Source of the DNA: an uncultured bacterium
GTDB taxonomy: Bacteria > Deinococcota > Deinococci > Deinococcales > Trueperaceae
Reading direction: 5' to 3'
NCBI GenBank assembly: GCA_964590475.1
Contig: CAZPWN010000002.1
Span: 1-45,283 of the forward strand
Length of the DNA: 45,283 nucleotides
A model generated the notes under the pieces. The model worked only from the letters and a program-made list of their open reading frames with translations, had not been told where the DNA came from and ran no database searches. Shown one piece after another: positions 8,601 through 18,125 of the stretch. The number at the start of each line of letters is the position of its first letter. The stretch's first letter is position 1. A program made the translations under genes and the position numbers.

Positions 8601-11600
8601 CGCTCAGGCTCAAGCAGACCATGGAGGTCATCGGTCGCCTCGAGCGCTACCGCGGCCACGTGCTCAACTGGTACGACACGCGCACGCTGCAGCCGCTCAA
8701 CCCGCGCTACGTCTCGAGCGTCGACAGCGGCAACCTGCTCGGCAGCCTCATCGCGGTCAGCGAGGGCTGCTACGAGCTGATAGCCCAGCGCATAGTGCCC
8801 GAGCGCCGCTGGCGCGGTCTGGTGGACACCGTCGACGTGCTGATCGAGACCCTCACACCCGCGCTGGGTGAGGAGTCGGATCTGGTCTCGCACCTGACGG
8901 ACTTGCGGGGACGCGTGGCGGCCGGGCTCGAGCAGCCGACTGCCTGGCCGGCCCTCTTCGCGTACCTCGAGGGCGAGGGGGTAGATGAGATGCGGCGGCT
9001 GCTCGCGGCGGCCATGGACGCGGGCAACCTGAGCCCCGCCGAGCGGCAGGCCGCCCGCGCCTGGGCGGAGCGCGTGGCCTACAACGTGCGGGTGACCCAG
9101 CGGGAATTCGACTTCCTGTTGCCCTGGAACGCCGCGTTCACAGGGAGTGGCGCCTGGTCCGCGCAGCTGCCGGAGGCGGCCGGGCGCACCCTGCAGGAGC
9201 TGAAGGACCTGTACGCCGAGGCGCCTACGTTACGTGAGCTGGAGGCGCGCTGCCGCGCTGGCGCCGCCCTGCTGGAGCGCTTCGGGAGCCAGGTGCACGG
9301 GAAGGTGCCGGCGGCCGCCGAGTGGTCGTCGACCCTGAAGAAGAACCTTGCCTCCTGCGCCTCGGCGGCGCGCGGGCTAGTGGAGTCGTTCGAGAGCGTC
9401 GCTCAGCAGGCGCAGGCGGAGCTGGACAGCACCGATTTCAGGTTCCTCTACGACGAGGAGCGGGACCTTCTGCACATCGGCTACAACGTGGACACGGAGC
9501 ACCTGGACGGCAACTACTACGACCTGCTCGCCTCCGAGTCGCGCCTCGGCAGCCTCGTGGCCATAGCGAAGGGCGACCTGCCCGTGCGCCACTGGCTCCA
9601 CCTGGGCCGGCCCCTCACCGACGTGGGGGGCCGCGCGACGCTGCTCTCCTGGAGCGGCACCATGTTCGAGTACCTCATGCCGCAGCTGCTCACCCGGCGC
9701 TACGCGGGGACGCTGCTCGAGCAGTCCTGCGAGGCCGCCATCGATGCTCAGATGGCTTACGCCGAGAGGCTCGGCATCCCGTGGGGCATGAGTGAATCCG
9801 GTTACGGCCGGGTTGACGGCGCCGGCACCTTCCAGTACCGGGCGTTCGGGGTACCCCAGCTGGCGCTGGACCGCGGGCAACAGGACGACGTGATCGTGGC
9901 GCCTTACGCCTCGGTCCTGGCGCTCCCGTACCGCAGTGCCGCGGTGCTCGAGAACTTAGGGCGGCTGGAGGGGCTCGGCGCGCTCGGCACCTACGGCCTC
10001 TACGAGGCGCTCGACTTCACGCCGAGCCGCAAGCCGCTCGGACGCGACTACAAGCTCGTGAGCTCCTACATGGCGCACCACCAGGGCATGATCCTGGAGT
10101 CGCTCGCGGGCGTGCTGACGGGCGGCGCGATGGTGCGCCGGTTCCACGCCAACCCGCGCGTAGCCACGGTGGAGCTGCTGCTGCAGGAGAAGGTGCCCTC
10201 GCAGGCGCCCATGGACACGCGGGTCCAGCGGGAGCAGCCGCGGCCCGACCCCATCGACGTGGCGGAGCTCGACCGGCCGTGGGAGGTGCGGGTGGACAGC
10301 CCCACGCCCGAGGCGTTGCTGCTCTCCAACGGTCACTACTCGGTGCTCCTCACTTCAGCCGGCGCGGGGCACAGCTCGCACGACGACGTGGCGGTGACCC
10401 GCCCCTTGACGGACGGCACGCTGGAGGATCTGGGCACCTTCATCTACATGCACGACCAAGAGAACGGCAGGCTCTGGTCCGCCACGGCGCAGCCGACCGG
10501 CCACGCCACGGACGAGAGGGCCGAGTTCGCGCCTCACCGGGCCACCTTCACCCGCGCCGTGGACGGCGTGCTCAGCACGCTGGAGGTCACGGTGGCGGAG
10601 GAGGGCGCCGAGCTGAGGCGCGTGACACTCATCAACCAGAGTGATGAGCCGCGGCGCCTGAAGCTCACCAGCTACGCGGAAGCGGTGGTGGGCGATCCCG
10701 CCTCGGACCGCCGCCACCCGGCTTTCAGCAAGCTCTTCGTGGAGAGCCGCTACCTCCCGGAACTGGGGGCGCTCCTCTACCGCCGGCGTCCGCGCTCGTC
10801 CGAAGAGCACGCGCTCTACGCGGCTCACGCCCTGCTGGACGACGTCACCGGCACCCCGCCGGAGGACCTGGAGTACGAGTCGGACAGGGCCGCCTTCCTG
10901 GGCCGCGGCAACTCGCTCAAGGACCCCGCCGGACCCCGGGGCCGTCTGGCCGGCGGGGTCGGCGCCACACTGGACCCGGTCATGGCCCTCGCCACTACGG
11001 TGGAACTGCCGCCGCACAGCCAGCGCGTCTATACGTTCGTGACCGCCTACGGCGACAGCAGGGCGCGGCTCCAAGATCGGCTGCAGGGCCTGCAGCGCGC
11101 CGGGGCCGTGGAGCGCGAGTTCGACCTGGCCCGCAACCGCAGCCGCCAGGAGCTGCGCCGAGCGCACTTGACGGCCGCCGACCTGCGCGCCTACCAGCGC
11201 CTCCTCTCGCTCCTGCTCTTCCCCTCGCCGGCCATGCGCGCCGGCAGCGAGGTGTTGCGCGCCAACGAGCTGGGCCAGTCCGGGCTCTGGGGGCAGGGCA
11301 TCTCGGGCGACTACCCGGTGCTGCTGATCCGCGCCCACGATCACGGGGAGCTGCAGCTGATCGCGGAGATCGTACGGGCTCATGGCTACTGGCGCAGGCG
11401 CGGCGTGAAGGTCGACGTGGCGATCCTCAACACCAAGGAGTCCGGCTACAGCCAGGACCTGCAGGGCAAGCTGCGCTGGCTCCTGAGCCGCACCGGCGGC
11501 GACGACTGGCTGGACGCGCGGGGCGGCATCTACCTGTTGCGGCAGGATCAGCTGGCCGAGGCCGACCTCACCCTGCTGCAGAGCGTGGCGCGTGTGGTGC

Positions 11601-14179
11601 TCGACACCGAGGCGGGCACGCTGGCGCAGCAGCTCGGGCGGGCGCAGCTGCAGCCCGACGAGCTGCCCGAACTGACGGCCGTCATGCCGGCGCCGTCGGA
11701 CCCGGTCGCCGAGCCGGCCGCCCCTGGGCCGGAGGCCGAAGAGCTGCAGTTCTTCAACGGCCTGGGGGGCTTCAGCGCGGATGGGCGGGAGTACGTCATC
11801 CACCTCAAGGGCAACGAGCTGCCGCCGGCGCCCTGGTCCAACGTGGTGGCCAACGAGCAGGTCGGCTTCCTGGCCACCGAGGGAGGCCTCGGCAGCAGCT
11901 GGGCCATCAACTCCGGCGAGAACCGCATAACGCCGTGGCATAACGACCCTGTCAGCGACCCGCCCGCGGAGGTGGCCTACCTGCGTGATGAGGAGACCGC
12001 CGAGGTCTGGTCCGCCACGCCGCTGCCCAGCAGCCTGGGTACACCCTTCGAGGTGCGCCACGGGCCCGGTTACACGGTGTGGCGCCAGCGTAGCCGCGGG
12101 CTCCAGCAGGAGCTCGAGGCGTTCGTGGCGGCCGAGGACCCTGTGAAGCTGGTGCGGCTGCGGGTGACCAACGAGTCGGGCAGGCCGCGCCGGCTCACGG
12201 TCACCTACCTGGCCGACTGGGTGCTGGGTCTCGACCGCTCCGCCACGCAGCTGCACGTGGTTCCCAGCTACGACGCGGCGCGCAGCGCGCTGCTGGCCAC
12301 CAACCGCTACAACGCGGAGTTCGGCGGCATGCACGCGTTCCTTGCCAGCAACAAGTCGCCGCACGGCGTGACCACGGACAGGCGCGAGTTCTACGGCAGG
12401 CGCGGCGACAGGCGCACCCCCGCCGCGCTGCGCCGCATAGGCCTCTCGGGCGAGGTGCGGCCGGGCACGGACCCGTGCGCGGCCATCCAGCTGCACCTCG
12501 ATCTGGAGGCGGGCGGCTCGGAGGAGGTGCTCTTCGTGCTGGGCGAGGCGGAGGGGCGCGACCGCGCCCTCGAGCTGCTCGACCGCTACCGCGACATCGG
12601 TCGACTGGAGGAGCACCGCACGGCGGCCAGCGCCCGGTGGGAGGAGCTGCTGGGCCAGCTGCGCGTGGAGACGCCCGACACCGCCATGAACCTGCTCACC
12701 AACGGCTGGCTCACGTACCAGACGGTGGCGGCGAGGTTGTGGGGCCGGAGCGCCTTCTACCAGTCGAGCGGCGCCTACGGCTTCCGGGATCAGCTGCAGG
12801 ACGTGCTCGCCGTGCTCTACGCTGAGCCGCGTCTGGCGCGCGAGCAGCTCCTGAGGGCGGCCGCCCACCAGTTCCAGGAGGGCGACGTGCTGCACTGGTG
12901 GCACCCGCCTAGCGGCCGCGGCGTGAGGACGCGCATCACGGACGACCTGGCCTGGCTGCCCTACGTGGCGGCGCGCTACGTGGAGGTGACCGGCGACGTG
13001 GGCGTGCTGGACGAGGAGGTGCCGTTCCTCACCGGCCCCACGCTGGGCCCCGACGACCACGAACGCTACGACCATTACCCGCAGGGCGGCCACGCCAGCC
13101 TGCTCGAGCACTGCCTCCGTGCCCTGCGGCGCGCGAGCACGAAGGGGCGGAACGGCCTGCCCCTCATGGGTGGCGGCGACTGGAACGACGGCATGAACCG
13201 GGTGGGCATCAAGGGGCAGGGTGAGTCCGTCTGGCTGGTCTGGTTCCTCATCGATACCCTTAGGCGCTTCGCCGGCACGCTGCGCACGGTGGGCAGGGCG
13301 GACGAGGCCGCCAAGCTGGAGGCGCGGGCGGAGGAGTACGCCGCCGCGGCCGAGGCCTCGGCCTGGGACGGCAACTGGTACCTGCGGGCGTTCTACGACG
13401 ACGGCAGCCCCCTGGGCACGCACGGCGACCTGGAGTGCCAGATAGACTCCATCGCCCAGTCCTGGTCCGTCATGGCGCTGGGCGATCACGAGCGGGGCCG
13501 CACCGCCATGCGCCACGTGGACGAGCACCTGGTGAGGGGGGAGGACGGGCTCATCAGGCTGTTCTCGCCGGCCTTCGACCGGACCACCCGCGACCCGGGC
13601 TACATCAAGGGCTACCTGCCGGGCGTGAGGGAGAACGGCGGGCAGTACACGCACGGCGCCATCTGGACCGCCTGGGCGTTCGCGCTGCTCGGCGACGCCG
13701 ACCGGGCGCACGAGTTGTACCAGCTGCTCTCGCCCGTGAGGCACGGGGGCACGCCGGCCGGGGTGGCCACGTACAAGGTGGAGCCTTACGTGATAGCCGC
13801 CGACGTGTACAGCCTCGAGCCTCACGTGGGCCGCGGCGGCTGGACCTGGTACACGGGCTCCGCGTCGTGGTTCTACCGCCTGGCGGTGGAGGCCATCCTG
13901 GGGCTCAACAAGGTGGGTGAGGAGTTGGAGTTCCAGCCGCGGCTGCCCAGCGGGTGGCAAGGCTACACGGCCACCTGGCGGGCGGGCGGTTCCAACTACC
14001 TCATCGAGGTGCGGGCGCCGGCAGGGCGCTCACGGAAGACGCCTGCCGCGGCCGGCGCGGGCGCGGTGCGAAAGTTGACGCTCGACGGCCGGGAGCTGAG
14101 CGGTGGACGGGTGCCTCTCGTGGACGATGGGGCGGAGCACCAGGTGGTGGTTGAGTTGGGGGCAGAGGTGGGCGATTAG
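5636..14179 (+). CDS. cgs: cyclic beta-1,2-glucan synthase (Cgs/ChvB/NdvB type: N-terminal glycosyltransferase plus C-terminal GH94 phosphorylase-like domain)
   Basis: One 2847-aa ORF, the size class of Brucella/Agrobacterium Cgs/ChvB. N-terminal EWFLDNYYLV, TM segments, GT motif VLTLDADTRLP and RMQRWVRGDWQ are present. The C-terminal GH94-like region carries GGGDWNDGMNRVG and GGQYTHGAIW. The GTG start directly follows the USP stop (TGAGTG at 5633..5638). Confidence 0.9.
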   Translation: MEVTDDALHRLRSAARDLGRIHGELTAQSRADLTDSYAAEWFLDNYYLVRAATRQVEQDLPRPFYRKLPREEGAQAAAEPRVHALAVSLAQRSQARLDLDVVEEEVRSHQQERPLTMGELWALPALLRLVIIELLAGSMSRIAQAGRATAEQDEVPVPSAGEETELADWPGPVADSDDEQVANCIVSLRALRHEDWKAFFERLSVVHQALLGDPTATYGRMDFPTRDAYRKVVERIAEGSGRSEVEVAEAAVTLAGEFATTAAPRDVTVDDPHWDSAELRRSHVGFYLLGPGVRFLEERAGYRAGTWETWRRTLLGHPSAVYVGSVAVVAFLLLALALRHAEWGGASLWQELLVLLTVTIPAISIAVGVVNLVLGRLLKPSPLPKLDLSDGVPLTYRTVVAVPAMLDSAETVDELVRQLEQHYLGNGDEHIMFALLTDFPDADKEETPDDAALVSRALAGIRELNRRYGQEGAQPFYLFNRKRLWNEREGVWMGWERKRGKLMEFNRLLRGGKGTSYAVQEGDLTRLAGAQYVLTLDADTRLPPGAARRLIGTLAHPLNRAEFGAGGRVVAGYSLLQPRTDILPESANSTEYSRLFVGENGLDLYTLAVSDVYQDLFGAGIYVGKGLYRVNDFERALDGRVPENSVLSHDLLEGIYGSVGLVTDVVLYEDYPPTYLAQVLRMQRWVRGDWQLLPWLLGDSAGDDPAQSAAGRVGGLGALGAWQVFDNLRRSLLMPAMVLMLVLGWTVLPGSPLLWTLMALGTLLVPLFGESVNALIGAASTLAERRTDWRQLLPWRQLADAAKRFVITVTFLPFEALVVLRSVATTLYRLFVTRRQLLQWRTAAQGAKAASRLSLADTTYRMMPALVLTVGTALLVVSVKPVALWVAAPVLVLWLLAPLVAHEISRSLERVAEDLSAAERRKLRTLARRTWLYFEQFVGPEDNWLPPDNVQMGGNSATAHRTSPTNIGLLLQSTMSAHDLGYLGLVDLSLRLKQTMEVIGRLERYRGHVLNWYDTRTLQPLNPRYVSSVDSGNLLGSLIAVSEGCYELIAQRIVPERRWRGLVDTVDVLIETLTPALGEESDLVSHLTDLRGRVAAGLEQPTAWPALFAYLEGEGVDEMRRLLAAAMDAGNLSPAERQAARAWAERVAYNVRVTQREFDFLLPWNAAFTGSGAWSAQLPEAAGRTLQELKDLYAEAPTLRELEARCRAGAALLERFGSQVHGKVPAAAEWSSTLKKNLASCASAARGLVESFESVAQQAQAELDSTDFRFLYDEERDLLHIGYNVDTEHLDGNYYDLLASESRLGSLVAIAKGDLPVRHWLHLGRPLTDVGGRATLLSWSGTMFEYLMPQLLTRRYAGTLLEQSCEAAIDAQMAYAERLGIPWGMSESGYGRVDGAGTFQYRAFGVPQLALDRGQQDDVIVAPYASVLALPYRSAAVLENLGRLEGLGALGTYGLYEALDFTPSRKPLGRDYKLVSSYMAHHQGMILESLAGVLTGGAMVRRFHANPRVATVELLLQEKVPSQAPMDTRVQREQPRPDPIDVAELDRPWEVRVDSPTPEALLLSNGHYSVLLTSAGAGHSSHDDVAVTRPLTDGTLEDLGTFIYMHDQENGRLWSATAQPTGHATDERAEFAPHRATFTRAVDGVLSTLEVTVAEEGAELRRVTLINQSDEPRRLKLTSYAEAVVGDPASDRRHPAFSKLFVESRYLPELGALLYRRRPRSSEEHALYAAHALLDDVTGTPPEDLEYESDRAAFLGRGNSLKDPAGPRGRLAGGVGATLDPVMALATTVELPPHSQRVYTFVTAYGDSRARLQDRLQGLQRAGAVEREFDLARNRSRQELRRAHLTAADLRAYQRLLSLLLFPSPAMRAGSEVLRANELGQSGLWGQGISGDYPVLLIRAHDHGELQLIAEIVRAHGYWRRRGVKVDVAILNTKESGYSQDLQGKLRWLLSRTGGDDWLDARGGIYLLRQDQLAEADLTLLQSVARVVLDTEAGTLAQQLGRAQLQPDELPELTAVMPAPSDPVAEPAAPGPEAEELQFFNGLGGFSADGREYVIHLKGNELPPAPWSNVVANEQVGFLATEGGLGSSWAINSGENRITPWHNDPVSDPPAEVAYLRDEETAEVWSATPLPSSLGTPFEVRHGPGYTVWRQRSRGLQQELEAFVAAEDPVKLVRLRVTNESGRPRRLTVTYLADWVLGLDRSATQLHVVPSYDAARSALLATNRYNAEFGGMHAFLASNKSPHGVTTDRREFYGRRGDRRTPAALRRIGLSGEVRPGTDPCAAIQLHLDLEAGGSEEVLFVLGEAEGRDRALELLDRYRDIGRLEEHRTAASARWEELLGQLRVETPDTAMNLLTNGWLTYQTVAARLWGRSAFYQSSGAYGFRDQLQDVLAVLYAEPRLAREQLLRAAAHQFQEGDVLHWWHPPSGRGVRTRITDDLAWLPYVAARYVEVTGDVGVLDEEVPFLTGPTLGPDDHERYDHYPQGGHASLLEHCLRALRRASTKGRNGLPLMGGGDWNDGMNRVGIKGQGESVWLVWFLIDTLRRFAGTLRTVGRADEAAKLEARAEEYAAAAEASAWDGNWYLRAFYDDGSPLGTHGDLECQIDSIAQSWSVMALGDHERGRTAMRHVDEHLVRGEDGLIRLFSPAFDRTTRDPGYIKGYLPGVRENGGQYTHGAIWTAWAFALLGDADRAHELYQLLSPVRHGGTPAGVATYKVEPYVIAADVYSLEPHVGRGGWTWYTGSASWFYRLAVEAILGLNKVGEELEFQPRLPSGWQGYTATWRAGGSNYLIEVRAPAGRSRKTPAAAGAGAVRKLTLDGRELSGGRVPLVDDGAEHQVVVELGAEVGD

Positions 14180-14257
14180 GGGGTCCGTCCCCAACCTATC
14201 GAAGGTGGGTCGGCACTGGTCATGGGTCGCCAACTACGGATAGCTGGAACGTGAAGA

Positions 14258-14288
14258 AGCGCCGCACCTCGTGTTCGGGTGCGGCGCT
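14258..14288. terminator. bidirectional hairpin terminator between convergent cgs and chaB
   Basis: Perfect 11-bp stem AGCGCCGCACC (14258..14268) / GGTGCGGCGCT (14278..14288) with a 9-nt loop. It is followed by TCTTC on the minus strand. No strong U-tract on either strand. Confidence 0.55.
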
Positions 14289-14302
14289 CCGTCCGGTTCC
14301 AA

Positions 14303-14338
14303 CTGTTGGGTGCGCTGTTGGATACGCTGTTGGGTACG
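14303..14338. repeat. 3 x 12-bp tandem repeat CTGTTGG(G/A)T(G/A)CG
   Basis: Read directly from the sequence: ctgttgggtgcg / ctgttggatacg / ctgttgggtacg, head to tail. Confidence 0.9.
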
Positions 14339-14364
14339 TGGCTACAGCCAGTAGCCAGGGGAAG

Positions 14365-14406
14365 TCATCACTACTTCATCATCACTACTTCTTCATCACT
14401 ACTTCT
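14365..14406. repeat. 3 x 14-bp tandem repeat TCATCACTACTTC(A/T)
   Basis: Read directly from the sequence at 14365..14378, 14379..14392 and 14393..14406. The third unit contains the chaB stop codon (cta at 14399..14401). Confidence 0.9.
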
Positions 14407-14626
14407 CGTGCCACTTCCCGTCGTCGCCCTTCTCGTACGTTCTCTTCACGGCTGACCAAGCCACCGCGTGGGAGGTCTCCTCCCTGGTGGAGTCGCCGCG
14501 CCGCTCATGCGGCTCGTCGTACTGGTCCCAGGCGCTGTTGTAGGCCTCCTTGTAGATCTCCTGCGCGTGCTTGGGGAGCACGTTGCGCACGGAGTCGGGA
14601 AGCTCCTTCAGGTTGCTGTATGGCAT
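14399..14626 (-). CDS. chaB: ChaB family protein (cation transport regulator-like)
   Basis: 75 aa, MPYSNLKELPDSVRNVLPKHAQEIYKEAYNSAWDQY...REETSHAVAWSAVKRTYEKGDDGKWHEK. This is close to full-length collinear with the E. coli ChaB pattern. Confidence 0.9.
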   Translation of the reverse strand: MPYSNLKELPDSVRNVLPKHAQEIYKEAYNSAWDQYDEPHERRGDSTREETSHAVAWSAVKRTYEKGDDGKWHEK

Positions 14627-14659
14627 GAGAGAACCTCGCTCGGCTTTCCGTCGCCGGGG

Positions 14660-14881
14660 TCAGGCGCGAGGGATCTCCTGATGCTGGCTAGCCCACTCGT
14701 CGACCTGGCGCTGGGCGGCTTCACGGGTGATGCCGTAGCGCTCCTGGATGACGCCGACCAGCTCGTCGCGGCTGCCCTGCACCCTCATCATGTCGTCGTC
14801 AGTCAGCTTGCCCCACTGCTGCTTCGCGTTGCCTTGGAGCTGGTTCCAGTTTCCGCGGATGGTATCCCAGTTGAGATGCAT
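14660..14881 (-). CDS. CsbD family general stress protein
   Basis: The start was moved to the ATG at 14879..14881, which is preceded by GGAAGGAGAT. 73 aa, MHLNWDTIRGNWNQLQGNAKQQWGKLTDDDMMRVQGSRDELVGVIQERYG, the CsbD signature. Confidence 0.85.
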   Translation of the reverse strand: MHLNWDTIRGNWNQLQGNAKQQWGKLTDDDMMRVQGSRDELVGVIQERYGITREAAQRQVDEWASQHQEIPRA

Positions 14882-15008
14882 CTGTATCTCCTTCCGGTAG
14901 ATCACACTTTGCGGCCATAAGGCCTCTTTCGCGGACGGTCCTGCTGGTGTTACGACCTGAGTGTGCGCCAATCCCTCCTGTGAGGAGTTAGATGAGCATG
15001 TGAAACCG

Positions 15009-15245
<237 letters not shown>

Positions 15246-15411
15246 GGCAGGCACGTTCCTCTCGGGCTGGCGCGGAGCTTGCGAGCACCACGCCGTTTCC
15301 GTGATACCGTCCGCGCCTCCCGTCGGCCTGATCGGGCCAAGACGGAGCGGGCGCGGCTTCTAAAGCCGTTGTAGCAGGTTCGGGCTGCCGCGGACAAGGA
15401 CTCAAGTAGCA

Positions 15412-15490
15412 GAGGCGCACGAAGGAATAGCGGAGGCGCACGAGATAACGTGCCGAGGTGCACGAAGAACGTGTGCAGGCACACAAGGAA
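15412..15490. repeat. four phased direct repeats (15-mers at 21-22 bp spacing), candidate iterated protein-binding sites
   Basis: The units are gaggcgcacgaagga (15412), gaggcgcacgagata (15433), gaggtgcacgaagaa (15455) and caggcacacaaggaa (15476). They lie 167-245 bp upstream of the ferredoxin start on the minus strand. Confidence 0.7.
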
Positions 15491-15770
15491 CGACCCCGGC
15501 GCCTATCGCATCGCTCTGTCGGTGCCTCCTCGCGGTTCTAGCGGTTGCTTGTGCGAGAGGTTACTCGGTCGAGCCTCTAGCGGAACCAGGGTCGTTCTTT
15601 CAAGAAGTGGTCTGTAGAGTCTATGTGGTAGACCTCCTTCCACCTCAAGGGTACTGCCGCGGGTACCTTCCGGAGTAGGACCCCAAGTCCTGGTGTCAGC
15701 GGTCCGTTTGGACTATCATCAAAATTTGGGGCCTATGCCCCGCGGATCCCGAGCTCATCTCCGAAGAAGA

Positions 15771-15806
15771 GGTCCCACCCGGCAGCGTTGCGCGCTGGGT
15801 GGGACC
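15771..15806 (-). terminator. intrinsic-type terminator downstream of hppA
   Basis: 10-bp perfect stem GGTCCCACCC (15771..15780) / GGGTGGGACC (15797..15806). On the minus strand it is followed by TCTTCTTC, and it sits 26 nt after the hppA stop. Confidence 0.6.
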
Positions 15807-15831
15807 TTCCCGTTACTCGGGAGCGTGGGCG

Positions 15832-17943
<2,112 letters not shown>

Positions 17944-18125
17944 TCAGTATCCTCCAAGGCGCGACCGGTTCATCAGCGTTGGACCGGGCGCCACGTCGTT
18001 GGTTCAGGCACCCACCGGCCGTTGCCATAGGCGTAGCTGGTAGTCCTGGATGGCAGCGGCAAGCTTATCATTCATGCAACGCTCACGAACGGCCTGAATG
18101 AAGTGCTACCCACGAGGAGGACAGC

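Noticed and set aside
10355-13960. 1201-aa ORF antisense to the cyclic glucan synthase gene
   Set aside because: Its composition is dominated by Arg/Ala/Gly/Pro/His with no recognisable motifs or RBS. It lies entirely opposite a frame with strong GT and GH94 motifs. This is a typical GC3-driven shadow ORF.
15412-15490. Possible miniature CRISPR array
   Set aside because: The repeat units are only ~15 bp with 6-7 bp between them and are imperfect. No cas genes are present in the window. The period fits phased binding sites, not CRISPR.
18068-18101. Inverted repeat TCATTCA-N20-TGAATGA upstream of pgm as a defined operator
   Set aside because: The arms are only 7 bp with a long spacer, which is within chance expectation for a 180-bp AT-richer promoter region. 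It is noted but not supported enough to call.
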